Both the position numbers and the translations under genes were made by a program. The notes below the pieces were generated by a model that had not been told where the DNA came from, did not search any database, and worked only from the letters and a program-made list of their open reading frames with translations. Below, one piece after another: positions 34,594 through 44,643 of a stretch of DNA of 45,600 bases. Numbering within the stretch: the stretch's first letter is position 1; each line of letters starts with the position of its first letter. Origin of the DNA: an uncultured Spirochaetota bacterium (GTDB lineage Bacteria > Spirochaetota > Spirochaetia > SZUA-6 > Fen-1364). The DNA lies in the NCBI GenBank assembly GCA_963845535.1, contig CAWJSK010000010.1:1-45600 (forward strand), given 5' to 3'.

Positions 34594-34989
34594 ATGCTTC
34601 GAAAACTCCTCAGTAATCGCATCGCCATCTATATTATTCTGTGGTTTCAGCTCGTGCCGCTTTTGATCTTTCCCACATCGTCGTATTCGCCAGACACGCA
34701 AGAATGGTGGCTCCCCATGCTGCTCTCCTTCCTCGTGATACTGGCTCTCGTCCAGCTCATCTTCCGCAAAAGCGCGGCTTCCTGGCCCTGGTATCTGCTC
34801 GCCTTTTCCCAGGGCTTCAACATCATCAGCCGCTTGATGATGCTTCTCCCGCATGCCACTGAAAACGCAGGGGGGGTCCAACGTTTCAACGCTCAGTACG
34901 TTATCATAGCCGCTATCGCGATGGTCCTTTCGGCGCTCGAGCTCTGGTATTGCGAGCTGCCTGAAGTCCGAAACAGGCTCCTTGCATAA
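34594..34989 (+). CDS. Hypothetical membrane protein (~4 TM)
   Basis: 131 aa with four hydrophobic segments. Confidence 0.65.
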   Translation: MLRKLLSNRIAIYIILWFQLVPLLIFPTSSYSPDTQEWWLPMLLSFLVILALVQLIFRKSAASWPWYLLAFSQGFNIISRLMMLLPHATENAGGVQRFNAQYVIIAAIAMVLSALELWYCELPEVRNRLLA

Positions 34990-35022
34990 CTCAATGAGCG
35001 CGGCGCGGAGCGGCCTCGATGC

Positions 35023-35050
35023 TTGACAATTTATTCAGCGGGAGTATTAT
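35023..35050 (+). promoter_or_regulatory. Sigma70 promoter of liv operon
   Basis: TTGACA-16 nt-TATTAT. Confidence 0.6.
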
Positions 35051-35119
35051 TTTCCACGCTTTGCAGTCCGTTTCATTACCCAAGAACGCTTTTAAAGAAA
35101 TTCATATAAGGAGGAAAGA

Positions 35120-36271
35120 ATGAAGCGTTTTCTATCGCTCGTTGCCATCGCGCTGGCGCTCACAGTTGTGTTCGTCGGCTGCCAACAGGCACCGAAGGTC
35201 CTGAAGGTCGCCGTTCTGGCGCCCCTCTCCGGCCCGGTCCCCACATTCGGCGTTTCCACGCGTGACGGCGCCCTGCTCGCCATCGATGAGTGGAACGCGA
35301 AAGGTGGCGTTCTCGGCCTGAAGATCACGCCGATTGTCGAGGACAGCCAGTGCACCCCTGACCCCGCGGTGAATGCGGCCAACAAGGTCATCAACCAGGA
35401 TAAAGTGCACTACATCGTTGGTGAAGTGTGCTCCAAGGCCTCGATCCCGATTTCAGAGATCGCCAACGCGGCAAAGGTCATCCAGATCAGCCCCACCTCC
35501 ACCAACCCGACCGTCACACTGGACAAGAACGGCGGAACCAAGCCGTACATCTTCCGGGCGTGCTTCATTGACCCCTTCCAGGGCAAAGTCGCCGCCACGT
35601 TCGCGGTGAACAACCTGAAGGCCAAGAAGGCCTTTGTCATGGCTGACCAGAGCAACGACTACGTAAAAGGTCTGGCGGAAGCGTTTGAAGCCGCCTTCAC
35701 CCAGCTCGGCGGACAGATCGTCGGCAAGGAGAACTACACAGGCACGGACACGGACTTCTCCGCCATCCTGGCAAAGGTAAAAGCGGCAAAGCCCGACCTC
35801 GTGTACCTCCCGGATTATTACAACGTCGTCAACCTTGCAACCAAGCAGGCAAAGGAAAAAGGCATCACCGCGCCGTTCATGGGCGGAGATGGGTGGGATT
35901 CTTCAGACCTGGACGTCAAGGCCGCGGACAACGGCTACTACACCAACCACTATGACCCCCAGGACCCCCGGCCTGAGGTGCAGAACTTCCTGAAGGCCTA
36001 CGGAGACAAGTACAAGGACGCCTCGGGCAAGCCCATCGTTCCCGACGCCCTTGCCACACTGGCGTATGACGCCACCAACCTGCTGCTGCAGGGGATCCAG
36101 AACGCCGGCGCGGACAACACCGACAAGGTGAAGGCCGCCCTGGAAGGGATCACCTTCAACGCGGTATCCGGCAAGATCACCTTTGATGCCCAGCACGACC
36201 CCATCAAGGGCGCCGTCATCATCCATGTGAAGGGCGGCAAGAAGGTGTTCGACTCTTTCGTCTCTCCATAA
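35120..36271 (+). CDS. livK: Branched-chain amino acid ABC transporter substrate-binding lipoprotein
   Basis: Lipobox FVGC; APLSG, NAKGGVLG, ISPTSTNP, FRACFIDPFQG, GGDGWDS, LAYDA. Confidence 0.92.
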   Translation: MKRFLSLVAIALALTVVFVGCQQAPKVLKVAVLAPLSGPVPTFGVSTRDGALLAIDEWNAKGGVLGLKITPIVEDSQCTPDPAVNAANKVINQDKVHYIVGEVCSKASIPISEIANAAKVIQISPTSTNPTVTLDKNGGTKPYIFRACFIDPFQGKVAATFAVNNLKAKKAFVMADQSNDYVKGLAEAFEAAFTQLGGQIVGKENYTGTDTDFSAILAKVKAAKPDLVYLPDYYNVVNLATKQAKEKGITAPFMGGDGWDSSDLDVKAADNGYYTNHYDPQDPRPEVQNFLKAYGDKYKDASGKPIVPDALATLAYDATNLLLQGIQNAGADNTDKVKAALEGITFNAVSGKITFDAQHDPIKGAVIIHVKGGKKVFDSFVSP

Positions 36272-36291
36272 GCTGAAACCAAAGTATTTCG

Positions 36292-36328
36292 GAGAGGGCA
36301 ACCTGAGGGTTGCCCTCTCGCTTTCTTC
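36292..36328 (+). terminator. Stem-loop after livK
   Basis: GAGAGGGCAACC-TGAG-GGTTGCCCTCTC followed by a T-rich run. Confidence 0.7.
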
Positions 36329-36353
36329 AATCTTTCTCTAGAGCGGAGCGCAC

Positions 36354-37484
36354 ATGCCTGTGAAAAACGAACATCTTGCGGCTACGTCCGCCATCCCGCG
36401 GAAAAACCGTGCGCCGCTGGCGTGGGTTGGGAACGGGTTTCTCATCCTGCTCGCAGTGCTCGCAGCGTATATCCTCGTGCTCAACTTCGTACGAAGCCCA
36501 ATCCTGTTCCTTCAGAACGTCATCGACGGCCTGAAGCTCGGGTGCGTCTATGCGCTCATCGCCCTCGGTTACACGATGGTGTATGGCATCGTGAAGTTGA
36601 TCAACTTCGCCCATGGGGACATTTTCATGGTGGGCGCTTTCACAAGCTTCTACGCTGTCGCGCAGTTTCACTTGCATCGGTGGCCTGAGATGGTCTTTCC
36701 GAACATTCCGGTGGGACTGTCCCTGGTCATCGGGTCCATTACCGTCATTCTCCTTGCCATGCTGGTCTGCACGGTGCTCGCCATCACCATCGAAAGAGTG
36801 GCATACAAGCCCTTGCGGGACGCCCCGCGCATCGCGGCGCTCATTACCGCCATCGGCGTCTCGTTCTTCCTGGAGTTCTTCGGCGCGCTTCAGTTTGTTT
36901 TCTCTCCGCGCTTCATTCCCTACAAGGCCCCGTTCGACATCACCGCGTGGTACATCAAGGATGGCATACATCGGATTCATTCGGGGCAGGCGTCTCCTGA
37001 CAATACCATCACTTTCTCCAACATCTTCCTGATCATCCTTGCGGCCTCGGTCCTGGTGCAGCTCTTCCTGCAGTTCCTTATCAGGAGGACGAAGATCGGG
37101 ATCGCAATGAGGGCCACCTCATTCGACAAGCCCACCTCGCGGCTGATGGGGATAAACGTCGACCGTGTGATCTCCTTCACGTTCGCCGTTGGCGCCGCGT
37201 TCGCGGGAATGGGAGGCGTCCTCTACGCCATTGCTTACCAATCCATCTGGACCCAGCTTGGCATCCTCCCGGGCCTCAAGGCCTTCGTCGCTGCGGTCCT
37301 CGGCGGCATCGGCAACATCCCCGGCGCCTTCGTGGGAGCCCTCATCATGGGACAGGCCGAATCTCTCACGATGAGCTACATCTCCACGCCCATGCGTGAC
37401 GCGGTGTCGTTCACGATCCTGATCATCGTCTTCCTCGTCCGCCCCACCGGCATTTTCGGGGAGCCGGCGGGCGAGAAAGCCTAG
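36354..37484 (+). CDS. livH: Branched-chain amino acid ABC permease LivH
   Basis: YALIALGYTMVYGIVKLINFAHG, IERVAY, GLKAFVAAVLGGIG, RPTG. Confidence 0.93.
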   Translation: MPVKNEHLAATSAIPRKNRAPLAWVGNGFLILLAVLAAYILVLNFVRSPILFLQNVIDGLKLGCVYALIALGYTMVYGIVKLINFAHGDIFMVGAFTSFYAVAQFHLHRWPEMVFPNIPVGLSLVIGSITVILLAMLVCTVLAITIERVAYKPLRDAPRIAALITAIGVSFFLEFFGALQFVFSPRFIPYKAPFDITAWYIKDGIHRIHSGQASPDNTITFSNIFLIILAASVLVQLFLQFLIRRTKIGIAMRATSFDKPTSRLMGINVDRVISFTFAVGAAFAGMGGVLYAIAYQSIWTQLGILPGLKAFVAAVLGGIGNIPGAFVGALIMGQAESLTMSYISTPMRDAVSFTILIIVFLVRPTGIFGEPAGEKA

Positions 37485-37493
37485 GGGGAAGGG

Positions 37494-38876
37494 ATGGAAC
37501 TGAGCTATCTCTTTTTGACGATCGTGAAAATGGCCGTCCTCGTTGCCTGGATCTACGGGCTCATGTGGGGGCTTGCGCGAAAAGCTCTCTGGCAGAAGGC
37601 CCTCACGGTGTTGCTCGCCTTCGGCGTGATCCAGCTCGCTTTCCTTGCTCAATTCGGTGATTTCGCGGTTTTCTCGGTGTTCGACCAGGACCTGCTCTAT
37701 CAGGCCGTCACCATGGCAATGGTATGCCTTGGCTTGAACCTCATCTACGGATTCAACGGCCAGTTCAGCCTTGCCCAGTGGGGTTTCTACGGAATTGGCG
37801 CGTATGCGGCCGCTGACATCACCTACCGGTGGAGCAACGGTGACGCAAGCGGCTTTCTCGTGGTCGGCCTCGGGGTCATTTTTGCAGGTCTGGCGTGGAT
37901 AGGCGTGGGCCGCCTGCTGCGGATGCGCCGGGGAATCCCCGTCCTTTCCGCCTTTACGTTCTATCTGATCGCCGTGGTCATTGCGGGAGCAGTGGCCTTG
38001 TACGCGGGACGCGCGCTTGCATCCACCCTGACACCCCTGTTTGGAACCACCGCGGCACCGGGTCCTCTTTCGTCCCCCGCGGTGGCGCAGATCGTGTTTT
38101 TCCTGGCCGTCATCTTTGCGGGCGCTTTCGCTGCCGAGGTGAGCTTCCTCTTCGGGCTGCCGGTGCTCACGCTGGGAAGCGACTATTTCGGTATTGCCAC
38201 ACTGGGCTTTGCCATCGTTGTCCAGACACTCATGGTGAACACGGACACCATCCTTCCCTTCCCCGAGATGAAGGGAGGCAGGGGGATGATCGGGATCCCC
38301 AAGCTGACAAGCTGGGTGACCGCCTTCATCTTCCTTATGCTTGTCATTGTCATCGTCAGAAACTTCATACGCTCCAGCACGGGACGCGCCTCGATGTCCG
38401 TGCGGGAGGATGAGACGGCGGCAAAGGCAATGGGCGTCAACGTTGCCGGCTCGAAGCTCCTGGCGTTTGTCCTGGGAAGCTTTGTGGCGGGCATCGGCGG
38501 CGGCGTCTACGCTCACTATATCGGGTTCCTCAGCCCCAACACATTCAGCTTCATCGCTGGATTCAACCCGCTCATCATCGTGGTTTTCGGAGGACTGGGC
38601 AGCATGACGGGCACGTTAGCCGCGTCCTTCGTGTGGATATTTTTCCTGGAAGGCTTCCTCCGAGTTCTCCTGGGCCAGATGGGGACCGAAGCTCCTACCT
38701 GGCGCTTCGTGCTGTACCCCATCACCCTGCTGCTTCTCATGCTGATCCGACCGCAGGGGCTCCTCGGGAACGTCGAGTGGGGGTTCCTGAAAGCTGAAAA
38801 AACACTCCGTCGCTCCCCGGCGAAGGGCCAAACAACGGCCGGCGGCACGCCGGCGCAGCAGAAGGAGTTGTCCTGA
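37494..38876 (+). CDS. livM: Branched-chain amino acid ABC permease LivM
   Basis: LNLIYGFNGQFSL, DYFGIATLGF, SVREDETAA, VVFGGLGS, RPQGL. Confidence 0.92.
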   Translation: MELSYLFLTIVKMAVLVAWIYGLMWGLARKALWQKALTVLLAFGVIQLAFLAQFGDFAVFSVFDQDLLYQAVTMAMVCLGLNLIYGFNGQFSLAQWGFYGIGAYAAADITYRWSNGDASGFLVVGLGVIFAGLAWIGVGRLLRMRRGIPVLSAFTFYLIAVVIAGAVALYAGRALASTLTPLFGTTAAPGPLSSPAVAQIVFFLAVIFAGAFAAEVSFLFGLPVLTLGSDYFGIATLGFAIVVQTLMVNTDTILPFPEMKGGRGMIGIPKLTSWVTAFIFLMLVIVIVRNFIRSSTGRASMSVREDETAAKAMGVNVAGSKLLAFVLGSFVAGIGGGVYAHYIGFLSPNTFSFIAGFNPLIIVVFGGLGSMTGTLAASFVWIFFLEGFLRVLLGQMGTEAPTWRFVLYPITLLLLMLIRPQGLLGNVEWGFLKAEKTLRRSPAKGQTTAGGTPAQQKELS

Positions 38877-38877
38877 C

Positions 38878-39681
38878 ATGGCGGATTCCAATGCACCAGG
38901 GGCTCTCCTGGAAATCGGTGAGATCACCAAGTATTTCGGCGGTCTCTGCGCGGTAAAAAATTTCTCCCTGTCCCTTCCGCGCGGAGCCCTGTGGGGCCTC
39001 ATCGGGCCGAACGGCGCCGGCAAGACCACCGTGTTCAACCTGATTACGGGCGTCATCACGCTCACCTCCGGGAGCATCACCTTGGACGGAGAGAGGATCG
39101 ACGGATCCGAGGCGTACGAGATCACCCGCCTGGGAATTGCCAGGACGTTCCAGAACATCCGCCTTTTCTCCAGTCTCTCCGTCCTGGATAACGTTCGTAT
39201 CGCGTATCATGCCCACGCCGGATACAGCCTCGCGGACTCCTTCCTTCGGACCAAGAAGTTCCTCGACAAGGAAAAGGAGCTCACGGAACAGGCTCTCGAC
39301 TTTCTGTCCATCTTCAAGCTGGACGGAATTGCCGAGGAGATCTCCAAAAATCTTCCCTACGGTGAGCAGCGCCGGGTGGAGATTGCGCGCGCCCTTGCCT
39401 GCAATCCGAAGGTCCTCCTTCTCGACGAGCCTGCCGCGGGAATGAACCCCCGGGAGATCATCGAGCTGATGGACCTGATCCATTTCATCCGGGACCGCTT
39501 CAAGCTGACCATCCTGCTGATCGAGCACCAGATGCGCGTCGTCATGGGAATCTGTGAGAGGATCACCGTCATGGACTTTGGTGAGGTGATAGCGCGGGGA
39601 ACCCCGAAGGAAATCGCGGGCAACCAGACCGTTATCGAGGCGTATCTGGGCAAAGGAGTCGCCACAAGTGCTGCAGGTTGA
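38878..39681 (+). CDS. livG: ABC ATPase LivG
   Basis: GPNGAGKTT, ARTFQNIRLF, LPYGEQRRVEIARALA, LLDEPAAG, IEH. Confidence 0.95.
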   Translation: MADSNAPGALLEIGEITKYFGGLCAVKNFSLSLPRGALWGLIGPNGAGKTTVFNLITGVITLTSGSITLDGERIDGSEAYEITRLGIARTFQNIRLFSSLSVLDNVRIAYHAHAGYSLADSFLRTKKFLDKEKELTEQALDFLSIFKLDGIAEEISKNLPYGEQRRVEIARALACNPKVLLLDEPAAGMNPREIIELMDLIHFIRDRFKLTILLIEHQMRVVMGICERITVMDFGEVIARGTPKEIAGNQTVIEAYLGKGVATSAAG

Positions 39682-40371
39682 AAATCTCAACGTCTATTAC
39701 GGCGCAATCCACGCTCTCCAGGGGATCACCTTCAACGTGGAACAGGGTGAGATAGTTACCCTGATCGGCGCCAACGGTGCCGGCAAGTCAACCACCCTTC
39801 GGACCATTTCGGGCCTTTTGCGATCTCGAACGGGCTCCATCCATCTCAACGGCCAGGACATTTCTACGCTGGCGGCGGAAAAGGTCGTCCAGCTTGGAAT
39901 GAGCCACGTTCCCGAGGGTCGAAAATTTTTGCGCCGCTTTCCGTACGGGAAAACCTGACAATGGGCGCGTACACCCGCAGTGACCAGGCCGAAATATCAG
40001 CGACCCTGGAACGCGTGTACCGCAGCTTCCCCCGCCTGAAGGAAAGGGCAACCCAGTATGGAGGGACCCTGTCCGGGGGTGAACAGCAGATGCTGGCAAT
40101 GGGACGCGGCCTCATGAGCCGCCCCAGCCTGCTCCTCCTTGATGAGCCTTCCATGGGCTTGAGCCCCATTCTTGTGGAAGAGATCTTCCGAATCATCGTG
40201 GAGATCAACAAGGAGGGCACGAGCATCCTCCTGGTGGAGCAGAACGCGCAGATGGCCTTGTCCATCGCAAGCCGGGCGTACGTCCTGGAAACGGGGCGCA
40301 TTGTGCTGTCAGGACCTGCAAAAGAGATTGCGAACAACTCCCAGGTGAAGGCGGCGTATCTCGGGATTTAG
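39668..40371 (+). pseudogene. livF: ABC ATPase LivF, split by a 1-nt deletion (pseudogene or sequencing error)
   Basis: GANGAGKST..VPEGRK in one frame and LSGGEQQM..LLDEPSMGL..VEQN in another. One extra A at 39922-39925 restores EGRKIFAPLSVRENLTMGAY. Confidence 0.85.
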
Positions 40372-40374
40372 CGG

Positions 40375-40459
40375 GGCCGGCGCCGCACAGGCCGCAGGCC
40401 GGCGCGCACAGGCCGCAGGCCGGCGCGCACAGGCCGCAGGCCGGCGCGCACAGGCCGCA
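40375..40459. repeat. Tandem repeat, 4 x 21 bp (GGCCGGCGCGCACAGGCCGCA)
   Basis: Three exact units (40397-40459) plus one with an extra C, between convergent genes. Confidence 0.85.
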
Positions 40460-40488
40460 GACTGACGCGAGCAGGCTGCGCTGACGCC

Positions 40489-41151
40489 CTATTTCTCCTG
40501 GTGCTTGCGGCGGGACGCGACAAACCGCGCGAAATCGTTGATGTTCTTTACCACAATCTTGTCCGGGTGAAGCTCGATCCGTCTCTGGGCCACGAAGTGG
40601 TTGAGGACCTCCCGGCACTGGCCGGGCGGTATTCCCGCCCAATGCGACATGTCGTCAACGGTGCTCTTGAACTCGATTGACTCTCCCGTCGAGGTGTCCA
40701 TGGACTGGTTTTCGGCGAGCATAAGGAAGACATCCGCCACTTTGGCTTCCACGTCTTCGAGGGTCAGGATCATGAACCGCCGCTTCTGGTCATAGATCCG
40801 CTTGATGAAAAGCTTCAAGAGCTTCATGGCGATCTGCGGGTTTCCCATCATGAGAACTTCGAAGTTTTCCCGGTTGAACTCCAGCGCCTTCACCTCATCA
40901 AGGGCTATGGTCGTGGCGGACCGCGGTGCTTCCTCCAGGATGGCCATCTCGCCGAACACTTCGCCGGGATAGAGAATGTCGATGTTCTTTTCCAGGTCCC
41001 CGATGATCCGCACGATCTGCACCCGCCCGGACTGCAGGAGATAGAACGTATCCCCCGGTTCGTATTCGCAGAAAATGATGTCCCCTTTGCGGAAGGTGAC
41101 CATGAAGCGGTTGAACATGGAAAGATCTGGACCTGCCGCGGCCGGACTCAC
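40489..41151 (-). CDS. Crp/Fnr-family regulator (cNMP domain + HTH)
   Basis: GDIIFCEYEPGDTFY, GEVFGEMAIL-PRSAT, C-terminal TVDDMSHWAG HTH. Confidence 0.9.
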   Translation of the reverse strand: MSPAAAGPDLSMFNRFMVTFRKGDIIFCEYEPGDTFYLLQSGRVQIVRIIGDLEKNIDILYPGEVFGEMAILEEAPRSATTIALDEVKALEFNRENFEVLMMGNPQIAMKLLKLFIKRIYDQKRRFMILTLEDVEAKVADVFLMLAENQSMDTSTGESIEFKSTVDDMSHWAGIPPGQCREVLNHFVAQRRIELHPDKIVVKNINDFARFVASRRKHQEK

Positions 41152-42194
41152 GCCGTTCCCCCTTGGAGCGCCCGCAGCGCCTTCTTCACTTTCCGAATGA
41201 CCGGATCCTCATCTGTTCCCATGGTCAGGATCTTCTTGAAGAGCCCCCCTGCTTTTGCCGCGTCTCCCTTTTCCTCATAGGAGCGCGCCACAAAGAAGAG
41301 GGCGTCCTTCATCTCCGGATGCTTGGGGAACTTCTGCACGATTGCCGTGAACGATTTGATGCAGGAGTCGAACTGCTTGAGGTAGAAGAGGCACTTGGCC
41401 ATCTCGAACTCCGCCTTGGTCGAGTATTCCGCGTCCGCCCCTCCATCGATGATCCTCTTGAACGCCTTGAATGCCTCCATGTATTTTTCCTGGCTCACGA
41501 GGCTGACGGCGTTGTAGTACTGCTGGGCCAGGTCCGAGGCTTCCGCCGCCGGGGCGGCCGCGGAAGCGGAAGCCACCGACGGGCTGAGTCCCGCCGCGGC
41601 GGCGGCAGCCGCCGGCGTTGCCCCGGGAGCGGAAGCGGGAGGCTCTCCCGAACCGTAGCGGGAAAGGAACTCCTCTGCCGCCACGATCTTGCTCGTCACG
41701 TCCGTTGCAAATGCGCCCGAGGGGTAGTACACGAGGTAGCGCTTGTAGGCGTGGAGCGCCTGGGCGTAGCGCTTGTTCTTCATGTAGTATTCCCCGATTT
41801 TGTAAAGGCCCGTTTCGGGATTGACTTGCTCATCACTCACGAGGAGAGTCTGGACCTGCTTGTGGATGCGCCGGAGCTGGTTGGAGAAGACCTTCAGCAT
41901 CTTCGTGATGATGCGTGTGTTCTTGGTTGCCAGCACCTCGAACTCGGGAACGGAGAAGACCATCACGGTGGAGTCCTGGAGGACGATTGCCGTCTCCTCC
42001 CGGATGTAGCGCCCCAGCGCTGATTTGACGCCGAAGAACTCACCTGTCTTGATGAGGTCCCGGATCTCCTGCCCACTCTCGATGTCCACGTAGCTCAGGC
42101 TGATCTTTCCAGCGTTGAGCAGAAAGATGCGCTCGCTCTGGTCTCCCTTGAAGTAGATGATGGAGTTTGCTCTGTACTGAACTGCCTTGGGCAT
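41148..42194 (-). CDS. Cyclic-nucleotide-binding domain + TPR protein
   Basis: IYFKGD, GEFFGV-REETA; C-terminal TPR-like repeats (YYPSG, KFPKHP..DALF) and an Ala/Pro linker. Confidence 0.85.
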   Translation of the reverse strand: MPKAVQYRANSIIYFKGDQSERIFLLNAGKISLSYVDIESGQEIRDLIKTGEFFGVKSALGRYIREETAIVLQDSTVMVFSVPEFEVLATKNTRIITKMLKVFSNQLRRIHKQVQTLLVSDEQVNPETGLYKIGEYYMKNKRYAQALHAYKRYLVYYPSGAFATDVTSKIVAAEEFLSRYGSGEPPASAPGATPAAAAAAAGLSPSVASASAAAPAAEASDLAQQYYNAVSLVSQEKYMEAFKAFKRIIDGGADAEYSTKAEFEMAKCLFYLKQFDSCIKSFTAIVQKFPKHPEMKDALFFVARSYEEKGDAAKAGGLFKKILTMGTDEDPVIRKVKKALRALQGGTA

Positions 42195-42217
42195 CCGCCG
42201 TTACCTGGTAGAGTAGG

Positions 42218-43453
42218 CTAGGTGTCCAGAGGGATGAAGTCAAGGACCTTGCGGAATCCTACTGCCTTCCGTACCCTCTCCATCAGGCCTGCCGGGTCTC
42301 CCTTCACCAGCATCTGGCGTCCTTTCACTCCCACAGCCGTGTACTGCACGCCGCGCGCCGTGAAGAGCTCCTCATGGCGGGCGTCTCCATAGATTGGAGC
42401 CCCTTCCTGGATCAACAGCTCGATGTCCTCGATTCGCATTGCGACAAGGGACTCCCACGGATCATCCTTGCGCTGACGCATGACGAGCACGTCCGCAAGC
42501 TTCCCTTCCGACAGGTTGCCCGTCTCTTTCTGCATGCGAAGAGCCTTTGCAGGGTTGGCGGTCACCATGTTCACGACGGTCCGCGCCGCAAGGTCCTCAC
42601 CGTACATCTTGCGGTAGATGTCCCGGGCAAACCTCATTTCGTCAAGGATGTTGACCGAGCCGGTGGCGGTTGAGTCCGTCCCCAGCGCGACGTTGATCCC
42701 TGCCTCCAGCATCTTGCGGATCTTCATGGTGACGTTGAACATGAACACATTCGAGGCCGGGCACCAGGCCACGTGGGCCCCGGCTTTTCGCGTTTTCTGG
42801 ATGTCGTCATCCGAGAAACCAATGCAGTGGATGAGCACCGTGTGGTCATCCAGGCAGCCCAGCTCTTCCAGGATGTCGATGCCGCGCTGGGATTCCTCGT
42901 CGAACCCTTCCTCCAAATGAGTGATGAAAGGAAAATTGTTCTTGAGAGCGCGCGCGTGCTCGATCTCGATTCCCTCCCCCCACTTCAAGTCATAGGAGGA
43001 GCTTTCGTGCGCAAGGGTGTAGTTGCGGATGACGCGGATGGGCAGGCGGGGGATGAACGGCTCGTTCCATTCGTGCGGGAAGTGATCATTCGCCGTGACC
43101 ACCCCGGAGAACAGGTTTTTGTACGCGCTGAGGAAATAGCGCTCTTCGGTGCTCGTTTTTGCCCGTTCCACTTTGACGACCTCCGAGTTGCGAAGGTCCT
43201 TTTCCCAGTCGAGCCATTTGACGTAGAACTCTCCGGGCGCCGGCCCTACCTTGGGAAGGTAATTCCCGTTGAAATGGTCGTGGATGTTGATGAGGGCTGG
43301 AAACGCCGCATACCCGTCACCGAAATGCAGCTCGAACTTGCATTTGCCTCCGAGTCGACCGAGCTTTTTCTGGTCAACCTGGATACTCGTGCCGGCGGTG
43401 GCGGTGTCAGGCGTGACAACGGTAAGACCACTCAACGAGTAGGTGGTGAGCAT
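42218..43453 (-). CDS. Amidohydrolase family (deaminase-like) protein
   Basis: PALINIHDH, THLEEG, LIHCIG, WCPASN, ALGTDS, TANPAKAL, GKLAD. Confidence 0.9.
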   Translation of the reverse strand: MLTTYSLSGLTVVTPDTATAGTSIQVDQKKLGRLGGKCKFELHFGDGYAAFPALINIHDHFNGNYLPKVGPAPGEFYVKWLDWEKDLRNSEVVKVERAKTSTEERYFLSAYKNLFSGVVTANDHFPHEWNEPFIPRLPIRVIRNYTLAHESSSYDLKWGEGIEIEHARALKNNFPFITHLEEGFDEESQRGIDILEELGCLDDHTVLIHCIGFSDDDIQKTRKAGAHVAWCPASNVFMFNVTMKIRKMLEAGINVALGTDSTATGSVNILDEMRFARDIYRKMYGEDLAARTVVNMVTANPAKALRMQKETGNLSEGKLADVLVMRQRKDDPWESLVAMRIEDIELLIQEGAPIYGDARHEELFTARGVQYTAVGVKGRQMLVKGDPAGLMERVRKAVGFRKVLDFIPLDT

Positions 43454-43479
43454 GCATCTTCCTTCGTAAATTCTGTCCT

Positions 43480-43508
43480 ATTGTAGAATTGGCGCATCCT
43501 CATGTCAA
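43480..43508 (-). promoter_or_regulatory. Sigma70 promoter of the amidohydrolase operon
   Basis: TTGACA-17 nt-TACAAT. Confidence 0.75.
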
Positions 43509-43524
43509 GGTTTCCGCTGAGAGC

Positions 43525-44634
43525 TCATCCCTGGATGAAGGCTTCCAGCTCGTTCGACAGCCTGAGCTGCTTCAACTTCACGAGCGCCCGCTCCTGGATC
43601 TGCCGGACCCTTTCCCGCGTGATTCCGAGGATCTTGCCCGTCTCCTCGAGGGTGAAAGGCCCCTCGCCGTCAAGGCCGAAGCGCAGCTTGATGATGCGCA
43701 TTTCACGCTCGTTGAGCTTGTCGAGAACCATGGCCAGGGTGTCCTGGAGCGCCAGCGCAAAAGCCGACTCGAAGGGCTTTTCCGAGGCCTCGTCCCGGAT
43801 GAGGTCCGAGAGCTTGGTCGGATTTTCCCCGGGAACGGGAGAATCGAGCGACGTCGGGTCCCAGGAAAGGCTGATGAGCTCCTCCACGCGGGACTTCGGG
43901 ATACGGAGGTAGTCGGCAATCTCCTCGTTGCTGGGCTCGCGCCCAAGCTCCTGGGTGAGCTGGCGGGCAATGGAGAAACACTTCTTGATGGTATTGAGAA
44001 GATGGATGGGGATCTTGATGGCCTTGCCGTTTTCCGCCAGCGCCTTGATGACGGCCTGTTTGATCCACCACGTTCCGTATGTTGAGAACCGGCACCCTTT
44101 GCGGTAGTCGAAGCGTTCGACGGCCTCGATGAGGCCAATGTTCCCCTCGTCCACGAGATCAAGGAGGGACACGCCCCTGTGCTGGTACTTCTTCGCCACG
44201 GACACGACAAGGCGCAGGTTGCCCAGGATCAGGCGGTTCTTCGATATGCTGATCTCGTGCTCCAACTCCGCCTTGCGGCGAAGGTACGCTTTGCGTGATA
44301 CGCGGCACGCTGCGGCCTTCTTTTCCAGCCCCGCAAGCTCCTCTTTGGCCCTGTGGATGGAGCCGCCAATCTCCTGCTCGTCCTGTGCGGTAAGAAGCGG
44401 ATAGCTCGCGATCTGCCTGATGTACAGCGCAAGGAGATCTCTCTCCTGCGGAGCCTCGCGCCTCGGCGCGGCGCGCGGTTCCACCGCCCGCGCTCGTTCC
44501 TCCTGACGCCGCGTCCCGCGCGTTTCTGCGTGCGCGCTGGAAAGCAGTCCCACGGCGGCCTGCAATTGCACTGCGGCGCCGACGCGGGTCTGCGGTCCTC
44601 CCTGGCCTTTTTCAAGGTGCCTTCCCATATACAC
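43525..44634 (-). CDS. Sigma-70 family factor (RpoS/RpoD-like); start uncertain
   Basis: YPLLT, NLRLVVSVAKKY, DLVDEGNIGL, RFSTYGTWWIKQ, TLEETG-GITRERVRQIQ; downstream of LysM/M23 gene (nlpD-rpoS-like order). Confidence 0.9.
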   Translation of the reverse strand: MYMGRHLEKGQGGPQTRVGAAVQLQAAVGLLSSAHAETRGTRRQEERARAVEPRAAPRREAPQERDLLALYIRQIASYPLLTAQDEQEIGGSIHRAKEELAGLEKKAAACRVSRKAYLRRKAELEHEISISKNRLILGNLRLVVSVAKKYQHRGVSLLDLVDEGNIGLIEAVERFDYRKGCRFSTYGTWWIKQAVIKALAENGKAIKIPIHLLNTIKKCFSIARQLTQELGREPSNEEIADYLRIPKSRVEELISLSWDPTSLDSPVPGENPTKLSDLIRDEASEKPFESAFALALQDTLAMVLDKLNEREMRIIKLRFGLDGEGPFTLEETGKILGITRERVRQIQERALVKLKQLRLSNELEAFIQG

Positions 44635-44643
44635 CCTCTTATT

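Noticed and set aside
39920..39931. Programmed -1 ribosomal frameshift in livF
   Set aside because: The run is not an in-frame X-XXY-YYZ heptamer, and I know of no such recoding in livF.
40375..40459. Mini-CRISPR
   Set aside because: Head-to-tail repeats without unique spacers.
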